Position numbers and translations under genes: made by a program. A stretch of 64,000 nucleotides of DNA from Prorocentrum cordatum (Eukaryota): positions 248,001 through 312,000 of the forward strand of contig CAUYUJ010000303.1 in NCBI GenBank assembly GCA_963575745.1. Reading direction: 5' to 3'. Of the stretch, positions 25,632 through 39,172 are shown piece by piece. Below the pieces are notes generated by a model that worked only from the letters and a program-made list of their open reading frames with translations, did no database searches and had not been told where the DNA came from. Each line of letters opens with the position of its first letter. The first letter of the stretch is position 1.

Positions 25632-25885
25632 GGGCGTGTGTTTTGGCCAAGTACTCATTCTGGCTGGCCAGCCTCGCCTGCCGCATTCTAATTGTTCTTT
25701 TTGCTTGATCAGCGCGCGTTTGGTGCGTTGATTGGCGGTTGGCGCGTATCTTGCGAACACGCTGCGGGCGTGTGTATTGGCCAAGCACTCATTCTGGCTG
25801 GCCAGCCTCGCCTGCCGCATTATAATTTTTCTTTTTGCTTGATCAGCGCGCGTTTGGTGCGTTGATTGGCGGTTGGCGCGTATCT
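25632..25885. repeat. Two-copy direct repeat, period about 134 bp
   Basis: 25632-25751 matches 25766-25885. Confidence 0.9.
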
Positions 25886-26109
25886 GGCGCGTATCTGAAA
25901 TTTCGAACCCTCCGCCACGAGCGGGCCCTCGAGGCCGCAGCAGGTACCCAGGAGGCCCCCAAAGGATCCAACAGAGGCCCCGAGGGCCCCCCCCACGGCC
26001 CACGAGCGGACACAGGAGACTTCAGTATTCGCTCCACGAGGCCCTCGAGAAGCATGCCACGAGACCCCGCGTTACAGGTATCTAAGAAGCCCCTGGCCCA
26101 AAACTCAGC

Positions 26110-27680
26110 TACGGTACTGGGAGGGGGAAATTATGGGCTTTTTCTGATTTTTCGGGTTCCGCTTTTTTTTCCTGTTTCCGACCCGTCCTCCGCGAAAAGC
26201 GCGGTCGGACGCGCAACCGGCCACGGGAACGGTATTTGCAATGGACCGTCTGGGAAGGGGGAAATTAAGGGCTTTTTTTGATTTTTGGCGTTCCAACTTT
26301 TTTTCCTGTTTCCGACCCGGTGCGAAATGCGCGCGCGGACGCGGGACTGGACACGGAAACGGTATTTGCAATGGGCCGTTTGGGAGGGGGATATTTTTTC
26401 TTTTTTTTTCTTCTTTTTGTTTGATTTTTCGGGTTCCTCCGCGAAATGCGCGCGCGGACGCGCGACTGGACACTGAAACGGTACTTGCAATGGGCCGTCT
26501 GGGAAGGGGAAACTATTGTTTTTTTGTTGATTTTTCGGATTTCCCTAGTTCCGATGTTTTTTTGTGAAATACGCGCGCGGTCGCGCAAACGGGCACGGAA
26601 ATGGCGCTGGGTATAGGCCTCTTGGGAATGGGACGTTTTTCTTTTGAGGGGGTGGTGTTGTTTATTATTTGTGCATTGTTCTTCCGCGCGTTCAAATTTG
26701 AGATCGGTCCGTTCTGGATCGTGAATCGGTCCGGTTTAGATCGTGAATCGGTCTGCTTTGGCCTCTTGAATCAGTTTGTTTTAAGCCGTGAATCGGTCCA
26801 TTTTCGAATCTTGAACCAGTCCGTTCTAGATCGTGAATCGGTCCGTTTTGGAATCTTGAATCAATCGATCCCCAGGGATTTTCAAAAGCGATCCTGTGAT
26901 CACTTTCGGAATCCCTCGGAATCGACTCCCAGGGATTCTGGGGGTGATCCCGGGATCCCTTTTCGAATCCTTGGGAATCGATTCCCAGGGATTCCGAGGG
27001 TGGTGTGTGTGTGTGCGGTGTGGTGGTGGTGTCCCGCGGTGTCCCGTGGTGTCTCGTGGTGCGTCGTGGTGTCTCGTGGTGCTCGTGGTGTCTCGTGGTG
27101 CCTCCGTGCGTGTGGAGTGTGCGTGGTGTAGTGTGCTGTGGTGTGGTGTGTGTGTGTGTGTGGCGTGGTGTGTTTTGGCGGTGGTGGTGTGTGTGTGTGT
27201 GCGTGATGTGGTGTGCTGTGGTGCATCGTGGTGTCCCGTGGTGCCCCGTGGTGTATCGTGGGTTCTCGTGGTGGTCGTGGTGTTTCGTGGTGTCTCCGCG
27301 CGGGTTGCTTGTGCGTGTTGTGGTTTGGTGTAGTGTGTGTTAGTGATGAGCGGGTGCCCCTTTCACAGATGTTTCACAGATCTCCGTTCTGGTCAATATC
27401 CAAGGAGTCCTCTAGGAGGCCCACAGGGGGCTTTGGAAAGGTTTTTGATCAGTTTTTGAAAAGCTTTTGAAAAGGCTTCTTCTGAGAGGCTTTTGAACGG
27501 CTTCAGAGAGGCTTTTTTTGACTAGGCTTTTGAAAGGCTTCTGAGAGGCTTTTGAAAGCCGCCTGTTGGGACGCTTTTGAAAGGCTTCTCGGAGAGGCTT
27601 TTGAAAGGCTTCTGGGAAGCTTTTGAAAGGCTTCTGAGACGCTTTTGAAATGCTTCTGAGAGGGTTTTTAAATGCTTTTG
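26110..27680. repeat. Shorter copy of the composite satellite cassette seen at 17591-21100
   Basis: Same four repeat types in the same order with conserved unique linkers. Confidence 0.9.
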
Positions 27681-29113
27681 AATCCACCCGAATCCTCCCA
27701 AGTCATCCCAAATCCACCCAACCCCTCCCTAAATTTCCAAAATCCACATATGTCCCTTCAAAAACACCCGAACACGTCGACGAGACAGGTCCGGTCCATG
27801 TTAGATCGTGAATCGGTCCGTTTTGGAATCCTGAATCAGTCCGTTTTGGGATCGTGAATCAGCCCTTCCGGACCAGATCGCGATTTGGTCCGACCGACCT
27901 GCAGACAAGACGAGTTTTGCCCGATTCACGATTCAGAATGGGCTCCCAGAAGCCCAACAGGAACCCCCACGTAACTCGCAAGACCCCACCCCCCGACGCC
28001 TCCCGAGACGCCCAAAAGGTTTCCCAGACAGCCCCAGATGCAACAACAAAAATGATACCGGAGAAAACCCCCAATCAGATTTGTGTTAGGGCTATAGAGC
28101 TATTGGGCTATAAGGCTATACGGCTATCGGGCTGTAGGGCTATCGGGCTATAGGGCTATAGGACTGTGACCTATAGGGCCATAGGGCTATAGGGCTTGAC
28201 GACCTCAGAAGCTCCCGAGACCGCCCCAATACGGCCCAGGACGCGCTCCAGAGGGCCCCAATACAGCCCCAGAAAGCTCCAGGACGGCCCACGAAGGGCC
28301 CAAGACGGCCCAAGAGAGTCCCCAAGACGGGCCCGAGAGGAGGAAAGCCACCATCGAATTCCAAGCTTTCGACCCCAAGTGGCTCCAGGAGGGCGGCGAG
28401 CAGCACATGCACGGCCAACACAACCCACTGCCATCACGGACAGCATGGCCAGCACGGCCACCACGGCAACCGTCGTCACGGCCACCGCGGTCTGACGCGG
28501 CCACGGACACGGCCGCGGCAGACCACGGCGGCGGCCACGGCCAGCACGGCAGCCACAAGCACGGCCTGCAGCGTCCACGGACACGGCCGCCAGCACTGTT
28601 GGACATGGCGTTGAGCCACTGCGTCGCGCAAGCAGGGGGGAGGAAGAGGAGAAGGAAGAAGGAGGTGAGGAGAAAAAGAACACACCCAAATTCTTCCAAA
28701 TCCACCCGAATCCTCGCAAGCCCCCCCAAATCCACCCAACTCCCCCCGAAACGTCCAAAACATCCACATACGGCCCTTCAAATACACCCGAACACGTCGA
28801 CGAGATCGGTCCGTTCTAAATCGTGAATCGGTCCATGTTAGATCGTGAATCGGTCCGTTTTAAAATCCTGAATCAGTCCGTTCTGGAATCGTGAATCAGC
28901 CCTTCCGGACCAGATCGCGATTTGGTCCGACCGACCTGCAGACAAGACGGGTTTTGCCCGAATCACGATTCAGAATGGACCGATTCCCGATTTAAAACGG
29001 ACCGATTCCGGATCCAACAACGGACCGATTCACGATCCAGAATGGACTAGATCGCGATCTAGTCCATTCTTAGATCATGAATCCGGCCCATGCCGGACAG
29101 GTATGGTCCCAGA

Positions 29114-29557
<444 letters not shown>

Positions 29558-29819
29558 CTCTGAACCACCACAGCACCACACCACATCCACAGGGGGGGGC
29601 AGGGGGGCACCGCAGCGCAGCACCACGCCACGCCCACCTCTGAACCACCACAGCACCACACCACATCCACAGGGGGGGGGAGGCGGGCACCGCAGCGCAG
29701 CACCACGCCACGCCCACAGGGGGGGGCGGGGGGGCCCATCGCTCGGGGGGGAGGGGGGGGGCCCAATGGCATCAGCATTGGGGGGGGGGGCCCAAGCCCT
29801 GGACCATATATATGAGCAG

Positions 29820-30520
29820 ACGTACACAAAACATTGCGGATTGGAGCCACAGGAGAATGGCAATCTATAGGAACACAAGTAAAACACCAAGGATTCGTGC
29901 CCCAGGAGAGGCCCAATATATAGGAACATAAGTAAAAACGATAGGGTTGTGTACGCAGGAGAAGGGCAACATGTAGAAACAGACGTATAACATCAAGGAT
30001 TCGTGCTGCAGGTGAGGCCCAATCTATAGGAACAAAAGTAAAAGTATATGATTGTGTACGCAGGAGAAGGACAATCTGTAGAAACATAGTACAACATCAA
30101 GGATTCGTGCCCCACGTGAGACCCAATCTATAGGAGCATACGTAAAACACACATGGGATTGGAGCCACTCCTGTTGCCTTCTGAGGCATCCTGCTCCTGC
30201 GGCCTTTCGGGGCCTCCTGTTGCCTTCCGAGGCCTCCTGGCGCGTCCTGTGGCCTCCTGGGGCCTCTTGTGGCGTCCTGAGGCCTCCTGGAGCTTCCTGG
30301 GGCCTCCTGGAGCCTCTTGGGACATCCTGTGGCCTCTTGGGTCTTTCTGTTGCCTCCTGATGCCTCCTGGGACCTCATGTGGCCTCCTGGGGCCTGTTGG
30401 AGCCTCCTGTGGCATCCTGAGGAGAATATGTGCCCACGAGTCTGGCCACCAACACAAGCAAACCGATCGAGGCATCCTCGGAATCTGGCCCACCTGGGGG
30501 GTGACACTGAGCGCCTCGCT
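29820..30520. repeat. About 650-700-bp direct repeat, second copy at about 32025-32720
   Basis: Shared caatctataggaaca / aaggattcgtgc blocks; identical shadow ORF ends. Confidence 0.9.
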
Positions 30521-31420
30521 CGAGGCATCCTGCAAATCTGCTCTCCAAGCGAAGGATGTTGGGACAGAAAACAGGCAAACCGCATGAGACATCCCCACAA
30601 AACGGCCGCGAACGGGACCATCGGCGGCTCCCTTTGGGGGTGCTGAAACCAGCGCCTCGCTCGAGGCATCCTCCAAATCTGCTCTCCAAGCGAAGGATGT
30701 CGGGACAGAAAACAGGCGCACCGCTTGAGACATCCCCACAAAACGGCAGCGAACGGGACCGTGTAATACCTTTCGGCAGTTCCCCTTAGGGATGCTGAAA
30801 CCAGCGCTCCGCCTGAGACATCCTTTAAATCTGCTCTCCCGGCGATGTTGGGGCAGAAAACAAGCAATCCGCTTGAGACATCCCCACAAAACGGCAGCGA
30901 GCGGGACCGTGTAATACCCCTCGACGGCTCCCCTTAGGGGTGCTGAAACCAGCGCCTCGCTCGAGACATTATCCAACTCTGCTCTCCAAACGAAGGATGA
31001 TGGGACAGAAAGCAGGCAATCCGCTTGAGACATCCCCACAAAACGGCCGCGAACGGGACCGTGCAATACTTCTCGGCGGCTCCCCTTAGGGTTGCTGAAA
31101 CCAGCGCTCCGCCTGAGATCCCCCAAACCTGCTCTCCAAGCGAAGGATGTTGGGACAGAAAACAGGCAAACCGCTTGAGACATCCCCACAAAACGGCCGC
31201 GATCTGCGGCTCCCCTTAGGGGTGCTGGAACCAGCGCTTCGCTTGAGACATCCTCCACATCTGCTCTCCAAGCGAAGGATGTTGGGACAGAAACAAACCC
31301 GGCGAACCGCTTGAGACTTCCTTACAAAACGGCCGCGAACGGGATCGTGCAATTCCCCTCGGCGGTTCCCCTTGGGGGTGCTGAAACCAGCGCCCCGCTT
31401 GAGACATCCTCCAAATTTGC
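30520..31420. repeat. About 150-bp satellite of the GAGACATCC family
   Basis: Repeated ccgcttgagacatccccacaaaacggc. Confidence 0.92.
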
Positions 31421-31449
31421 TGTGTGTTGAGTAAGGCAGGCAATGAGAA

Positions 31450-31630
31450 GGCCTGAGTATGAGTAAGTCTGGGTATGAGTGAGTCTCAGCATGAGTAAGT
31501 CTGAGTATGAGTAGGTCTGAATATGAGTAGGTCTGAGTATGAGCAAGTCTGAGTATGAGTAGGTCTGAGTATGAGTAAGTCTGTGTATGAGTACGTATGG
31601 GTAAGTCTGTGTATGGGTAAGTTTAGGTAT
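31450..31630. repeat. tgagtatgagtaagtc-type minisatellite (also 33050-33520, 34640-34885, 35615-35760)
   Basis: Directly visible. Confidence 0.9.
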
Positions 31631-33889
31631 GAGGAGGAGGAGGAGGAGAAGAAGAGGAAGGAGTAGGAGGCGTCCAAGCACTAACAATAATCCCATCTTA
31701 GAATATGGGGAATTATTCACTGCGTGGAGCTCCCCATATGTGCATCTATTCGCATGGACCTGTCCGCCGTGAATGTATAGGCGCAAGAGCTTTCGAATAT
31801 AAACGGGTTTCAGTCGTGACGGTCTGGACATGAATCTAATTGCGAATGAATTGGAGTGTGAATGAGCCTCAGTAGTACGAGCGCGTCTCTGCACATGAGC
31901 CTGGGGCCTCCTGGGGCCTCCTGAAACCTACTGGGGCTTTCTGGGGTCTCCAGGAGCCTCTTGGGGCCTCCTGGGACCTCCTAGGGAGGTTTCGTGCCCC
32001 AGGAGGCCCAATATATAGCAAACGACGTACATAAAACATTGCGGACTAGAGCCACAGGAGAAGGGCAATCTATAGGAACACACGTAAAACACCTAGGACT
32101 CGTGCCCCAGGAGAAGCCTACTATATAGGAACATTAGTAAAACATGTAGGATTGTGTACGCAGGAGAAGGGCAACATGTAGAAACAGACGTATAACATCA
32201 AGGATTCGTGCTGCAGGTGAGGCCCAATCTATAGGAACATAAGTAAAAGTATATGATTGTGTACGCAGGAGAAGGACAATCTGTAGAAACATAGTACAAC
32301 ATCAAGGATTCGTGCCCCACGTGAGACCCAATCTATAGGAGCATACGTAAAACACACATGGGATTGGAGCCACTCCTGTTGCCTTCTGAGGCATCCTGCT
32401 CCTGCGGCCTTTCGGGGCCTCCTGTTGCCTTCCGAGGCCTCCTGGCGCGTCCTGTGGCCTCCTGGGGCCTCCTGGAGCCTCTTGGGACATCCTGTTGCCT
32501 CTTGAGTCTGTCTGTGGCCTCCTGATGCATCCTGGGACCTCATGTGGTTTCCGGGGGCATCCTGGAGCTTGTTGAAGCCGCTTGTGGCATCCTGAGAAAC
32601 ATCTGCGCCCACGAGCCTGGCCATCTAAACAGGCAAACCGATCGAGACATACTCAGAATCTGGCCCACCTGGGGGGTGAAAATGAGTGCCTCGCTCGAGA
32701 CATCCTCCACATCTGCTCCGACAGCGAAGGATGTTGGGAAACAGGCAAACCGCTTGAGACATCCCCACAAAACGGCCGCGAACGGGACCGTGCAATACCC
32801 CTCGGCGGCCCCCCTTAGGGATGTTCAAATGAGCGCCTCGCTCGAGACATCCTTCAAATCTGCTCCGAAAGCGAAGGATGTTGGGACAGAAAATTACTCG
32901 ACGCGGGGCTCCCCATATGTGCGTCTCATTCTCTTGGTACGTCTTTCTGTTGATATCTGTCAATGAGCGCCTGTGTGCGAGGGCGAACCGCTCGCTCGAG
33001 ACATTCCCACCGTCTGCAAGCATGAGTGCGACCAATAGCAAATCTGAGAGCGACTGATTCGGAGTGTGAGTTTATATGGGTGCGATTGAGCCTGGGTTTG
33101 AGTGGGTATGCGTGTGAGTAAATATGAGCGCGAGTGCGTCTGTGTACGAGTGGGTCTGAGTATGGACGAATCTGAGTGTGAGCCAGTCTGTGATTGAGCG
33201 GATCGTAGCATGATGAGTCTGAGCATGAGTGAGTCTGGGCTTGAGTGGTTCTGAGTGTGATAAAAAGTGTGTGTGTGTGTGTTAATGAATCTGAGTGCGA
33301 GTGAGCCGAGTGTGATTGGGTACGGAAGTGAGGCAGTCTGAGTGTGAGTCGGTTTGCGTTTGAGCGGACCGAAGGATGGTGAGTCTGAGCAGGAGCGAGT
33401 CTGAGTATGAGTGGTTCTGAGCGTGAGTCTGAGTGTGAGTAAGTTAAGTATGGATATGAGCGAGTCTAAGTGCGAGTGAGCCTGCGTGTGACTGAGTCTG
33501 AGTACGAGTGAGTATGAAAGCAGAAGGGTAAAGGAGAGCGGAGAGCAAAGGAGAGGGAGGCGGAAGCGTTTGAGTAAAACCTAAAGCTTTGGAACATCGA
33601 ACCTCGATCGTCTGGCCCTGGCTACTCGAGTTGCCCACGTCCTCCTCCTCCTTCTCCTCCTCCTCCTCCTCCTCCTCCTCCTCATCATCATCATCATCAT
33701 CCTCCCCTTCCTGCTTCTGCTCCTACCGTGTTCATGCTGTTCTCCTCCTCCTCCTCCTCCTCCTCCTCCTCGTCCTCGTCCTCTTCCTCCTCCTCCTCGC
33801 TTCCTCCTTCTCTTCCTCCTTCTCCTCCTCCTCCTCCTCCTCCTTCTCCTCCTCTCCTCCTCCTCCTCCTCCTCCTCCTCCTCCTCCTT

Positions 33890-35608
33890 GGGAGTGCTGA
33901 AACCAGCAAATCGCCTGAGACATCCTCCCAAAAACTATCAGAAAACGACAGATGCCCAGCATCATAACTGCCAAACCGCCTGAGACATCCCCGCAACCTG
34001 GGCGCGAACGTCCTCCAAATCTGCTCCGAAAGCGAAACATGTTGGAAGAGAAACTGGCCAAACCGCCCGAGACATCCCCACAAAATCCTGCGAAAGGGGC
34101 CGAGAGAAATACCTCCCCGCCGCTCACCTTAGAGTGTTGAAACCAGCGAATCGCCTGAGACATCCTCCAAATCTGCTCCGAAAGCGAAGGATGTTGGGAC
34201 AGAAAACAAGCAAACCGCTGAGACATCCCCACAAAATCCCGCGAAAGGGGTCGAGTGAAATAACCCCCCGCCGCTCCCCTTAGGAGTGCTGAAACCAGCG
34301 AATCGCCTGAGACATCCTCCAAATCTGCTCCGAAAGCGAAACATGTTGGAAGAGAAACTGGCCAAACCGCCTGAGACATCCCCACAAAATCCCGCGAAAG
34401 GGCCGAGTGAAATAACCCCCCGCCGCTCCCCTTAGGAGTGCTGAAACCAGCGAATCGCCTGAGACATCCTCCAAATCTGCTCCGAAAGCGAAACATGTTG
34501 GAAGAGAAACTGGCCAAACCGCTTGAGACATCCCCACAAAATCCTGCGAAAGGGGCCGAGTGAAATACCCCCCCGCCGCTCCCCTAGGAGTGCTGAAGCC
34601 ACAGAATCGCCTGAGACATCCTCAACATCAGTGTGTGTGTGAGTCATCCGATGAGTGGAAGTGAGTGTAGTGAATGTATGAGTACAAGTACGAGTGAGTC
34701 TGAGTGATGAGTGAGTCTGAGTGATGAGTGAGTCTGAGTGATGAGTGAGTCTGAGTGATGAGTGATGAGTCTGAGTCATGACTGAGTCCGGGTGATGAGT
34801 GAGTCTGAGTGATGAGTGAGTCTGAGTGATGAGTGGGTCTGAGTGATGATCGAGTCTGAGTGATGAGTGAGTGGGTCTGAGTGAGAGGAGTGGTGTGTTC
34901 TCTCTCCTCCGGCGCGGTCCGCCAATAACAAGAACCCCATACTTAGGATATGGGGAACAAGCAAACCGCTTGAGACATCCCCACAAAACGGCCGCGAACG
35001 GGACCGTGGAATACCCCTCGGCGGTTCCCCTAGGGACGTGAAAATGAGCGCCTCGCTCGAGACATCCTCCAAATCTGGTCCGACAGCGAAGGATGTTGGC
35101 ACAGAAAACAAGCAAACCGCTTGAGACATCCCCACAAAACGGCCGCGAACGGGACCGTGCAATACCCCTCGGCGGCTCCCCTTAGGAACGTGAAAATGAG
35201 CGCCTCGCTCGAGACATCCTCCAAATCTGCTCCGAAAGCGAAGGATGTTGGCACAGAAAACAAGCAAACCGCTTGAGACATCCCCACAAAACGGCCGCGA
35301 ACGGGACCGTGCAATACCCCTCGGCGGCTCCCCTTAGGAACGTGAAAATGAGCGCCTCGCTCGAGACATCCTCCAAATCTGCTCCGAAAGCGAAGGATGT
35401 TGGCACAGAAAACAAGCAAACCGCTTGAGACATCCCCACAAAACGGCCGCGAACGGGACCGTGCAATACCCCTCGGCGGCTCCCCTTAGGAACGTGAAAA
35501 GGAGCGCCTCGCTCGAGACATCCTCCAAATCTGTTCCGAAAGCGAAGGATGTTGGCACAGAAAACAAGCAAACCGCTTGAGACATCCCCACAAAACGGTC
35601 GCGAACGG
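33890..35608. repeat. Two arrays of 151-152-bp satellite units (34010-34620 and 34957-35608), each unit with two GAGACATCC motifs
   Basis: Shadow ORFs end at 35030, 35182 and 35334 (152-bp period). Confidence 0.95.
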
Positions 35609-36169
35609 GGCGTGTGTGAGTCTCAGCATGAGTAAGTCTGAGTAGGAGTAGGTCTGAGTATGAGCAGGTCTGAGTATGAGTAATTTTGCGTGTGAGTAAG
35701 TCTGGGTATGAGTAAGTCCGAGTGTGAGTCAGTCTGTGTATGAGTGAGTCTGGGTATGAGGAGGAGAGGGGAGGAGAAGAGGGAGAAGGAGTAGGAGGCG
35801 TCCAAGTAATAACAAGAACCACATCTCAGGATATGGGGAATAAGAGGAAGGCGAAGGAGGAGTAGGAGGCGTCCAAGTAATAATAAGAACCCCATCTTAG
35901 GATATGGGGAAAAATCAGTGAGACCTTCCGTGTTTCGAAGCTGGTGGCCTCTCGGGGCCAGCCTGGGGAGCCCCTCCACGTTGGCCCGAGGTGGTCATGG
36001 AGCTTAGGTCGGGCATGTCCCCCTAGAGGCCGATGTTCGACGAAAAAATTGAAACACTCATAAGATAATTGAAACAGGTTGGAAACATCCGACTTTTTCC
36101 CCAAACAGCTTGCTGAACGGGGTGCTGTTGTGATAGACGCTAACTCTGGCCGAGGGAATTTAAAGCAGA

Positions 36170-37360
36170 GACGTCCTCAACAAAAATTAGTGGTCCGGGC
36201 CGTTTCGCCTGAGACATCCTCGCAACTCTCGTTTCTGAGTTGCCCGGGATTGGGCGTTTCGCGTGAGATATCCTCCAATCTCTGAGTTCCCAGATGCCGC
36301 GCAAGAGGTTGTCTGGCCCGTTTCGCCTGAGACATCCTCGAAACTCTGAACTCCCAGATGCCACGCGAGAGGTGTCCGGACCTTTTCGCCTGAGACATCC
36401 TCCAAACTCATTGAGCTCCCAGATGCCACGCGAGAGGTGGTCCGACCCGTATCGCCTGAGACATCCTCCAAACTCTGAGCTCTGAGATGCCGTGCGCGAG
36501 GTGGTCAGGCGCGTTTCGCCTGAGACATTTTCGCAACGCTGAGTTTTGAGATGCCGCGCAAGAGGGGCCCGGGACAGGCCCCAGGGGTCCCCAGGAGATT
36601 CCCAGGAGGCTCCTAGGAGGCCCCAGGAGGCCCTCTATCAGAACGTGTGAAGTTAATGCACATCCGGTGTCGATTCGTTGATTTTTTCTGCTCTTGTGGC
36701 CCCTCCCCCCCATTTTGGGGGGGCCCAGACGGCCACATGTTAGATGTTCTCCCCTGGGAGCCCCAAGAGGCTTCAGGAAGCCCCAGGTGGGGTCCAGGAG
36801 GCCACAGGAGGCCCAGGAGGAAGCCCCAGGAGGTCCCCAGGAGGTCCCCAGGAGGCCCCAGGAGGCTCCAGGAGGCCCCCGCAACTCGGAGCTCTGAGAC
36901 GCCGCGCTCGAGGTGGCCCTGCCCGTTTCGCCTGAGACTTCCTCGCAGCACGTTTCGCCCGAGACATCGTCGCAACTCTGGGGTCCGAGATGCCGCGCGC
37001 GAGGTGGTCCAGCCTGTTACGCTGGAGACATCCTCGCATCTTTGGGCTCCGAGATGCCGTTCGGAATGAAGAGGTGGAGGAGGAGGAGGAAGAGAAGGAT
37101 CAGGAGATGGAAGGGAGAAGGAGGAGGAGGAGGAGGAGGAGGAGGATGTGGATGAGGGAGCAGGCAGGAGGAGGGGAGGAGGAGAAGGAGGAGGGAGAAG
37201 GAAGGGAGTTGCAGGAGAGGACCTAACAGGAAGCGAGTGTGACGTGGACTTGTCAGAACGTGTGCGAGAGGTTGTCTGGCCCGTTTCGTTTCAGACATTC
37301 TTCCAATACTGAGCTCCAAGATGTCGCTCGCGAGGTGGTCCGGCCCGTTTCGCCTGAGAG
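36170..37360. repeat. About 60-bp gtttcgcctgagacatcctc...gagatgccgcgcgagaggtggtcc repeat family (inverted relics at about 62340-62630; copy at 21336-21420)
   Basis: Directly visible. Confidence 0.85.
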
Positions 37361-38044
37361 TGAGTGCGTCTGCGTAGGAGTGAATCTTAACGAAGAATAC
37401 GGAGACGCAATCGACCTTGGGAACCGCAGTGGGTTTGAGAACCTTGTTTGGGGATACTACACTCCGGCTATAAGTTTTGACTGCTTTTGAATCGTCCTCC
37501 TGTAGAGGGACGTACCCAACTTAACACTGAACCTCCAAAAGGCCCGCCCGACCCGACCCGACCCGCCCGCCAGGGTCCGCCCGCCCGACCCGACCCGACC
37601 GCCCGACCCGACCCACCCGTTAAGGTCCGCCTGCCCGACCCGACCCGAGCCGCCCGCTAAGGTCCGCCCGCCCGACCCACACCGCCCCGTTAGGGCTCGC
37701 GCTTGTTCGCCGGAACGCACCCCAATGTTTAGTGTCCCGCCCGACCCGATCCGACCGTCAGGGTCCGCCCGCCCGACCCGACCCGCCCGTTACGGTTCGC
37801 GCGTGCTTGGTTGAGCGTACCCAACATTTTGATGCCCCGCCCGACCCGAGCCGCCCGCGCCCTTTAGGGTCCGCCCGACCCGACCCGCCTGTTACGGTTC
37901 GCGCATGTTCGATCGAACGCGCCCCACATTCTAGATGTCCCGCCCGCCCGACCCGACCCGCCCGTTGGGGTTCGCCCGCTCGGGTCCGCCCGCCCAGCCC
38001 GACCCGTCTGCTCGGGTCCGACGCCCGACGCCCGACGACGACGA

Positions 38045-38090
<46 letters not shown>

Positions 38091-38404
38091 AACGACGACG
38101 ACGACGACGACAGCGGCGGCGGCGGCGCCAACGGCGATGCCGACGGCGACGACGGCGTCGGCGAAACCAGCGCGGGCGAAAGCAGTCGCCGGCGAAACCA
38201 GCGCCAGCGAAACCATCGCCAGCGAAACTAGCGCCGGCGAAACCAGCGCCAGCGAAACCAGCGCCAGCCAGCGAAACCAGCTCATTCCCCAGCGCACCCG
38301 GGGGGTGCAGCATTCTGACCCGGGACCACCCCCCCACTCCCTGGGACCCGCTGGGGCTAAGTCGGGCCTGTCCTTCTACAGGGGGAATACTCAAAAGATA
38401 GTCT

Positions 38405-38679
38405 TTCTAGGGCTCAGAGGGGGAAGGGGGCCAGCTTACTTTATCCTCTAGAGCTCCCTACAAAGAGTGATGCCACGCCAATGGATATCTACACACGTAT
38501 ATACCGGCCACGCTACAAAGGAGGCGATGCCTCTATGACACAACCTGCAAACATCATCTTTTTTGGTCGCTGACGAGGGGCCAACAGGCCTTAAAGAGCT
38601 GTGTGCACGTGTCTGGATGCAGCTGGGCGGCAGACGACTCGGGCACCTGAGTCCACGGCCCTGCACAGAAACGTCACCA
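38405..38679 (-). repeat. Split direct repeat B2 (3' terminus of the element)
   Basis: Near-identical to 38855-39130. Confidence 0.95.
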
Positions 38680-38722
38680 CGAATAAGACTTTCTCCAACA
38701 CTGCAAGGTGGAGGGGTGGGAG

Positions 38723-38854
38723 GAGCCCAAATGATTACAAAGCAAGGATCGTGCCGTGACAACGTGACGATCGGCAGAGCTGGAGAGGAAGCGGCCACCC
38801 CATACAGACCCCTTTCTAAAGCGAGCCCGGGAAAACATGTTCTGAAAACTCATA
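38723..38854 (-). repeat. Split direct repeat A2 (internal)
   Basis: Matches 45864-45996 (gatcgtgccgtgacaacgtgacgatcggcagagctggagagga...tgaaaactcata). Confidence 0.95.
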
Positions 38855-39130
38855 TTCCAGGGCTCAGAGGGGGAAGGGGGCCAGCTTACTCTATCCCCTA
38901 GAGCTCCCTACAAAGAGTGATGCCACGCCAATGGATATCTACACACGTATATACCGGCCAGGCTACAAAGGAGGCGATGCCTCTATGACACAACCTGCAA
39001 ACATCATTTTTTCTGGTCGCTGACGAGGGGCCGCAAGGCCTTAAAAGAGCTGTGTGCACGTGTCTGGATGCAGCTGGGCGGCAGACGACTCGGGCACCTG
39101 AGACCAGGGCCCTGCACAGAAAAGTCACCA
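38855..39130 (-). repeat. Split direct repeat B1 (internal, abuts A2)
   Basis: Near-identical to 38405-38679. Confidence 0.95.
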
Positions 39131-39172
39131 GCCCTGGAGAGAACGCATGTCTGGGGTCTGGCGTCAGCCGCA

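Noticed and set aside
38405..39130. B repeats interpreted as LTRs of a tiny LTR/TRIM element
   Set aside because: No TG..CA ends, PBS or TSD; the intervening A repeat matches the far end of the YR element, which the split-direct-repeat model explains.
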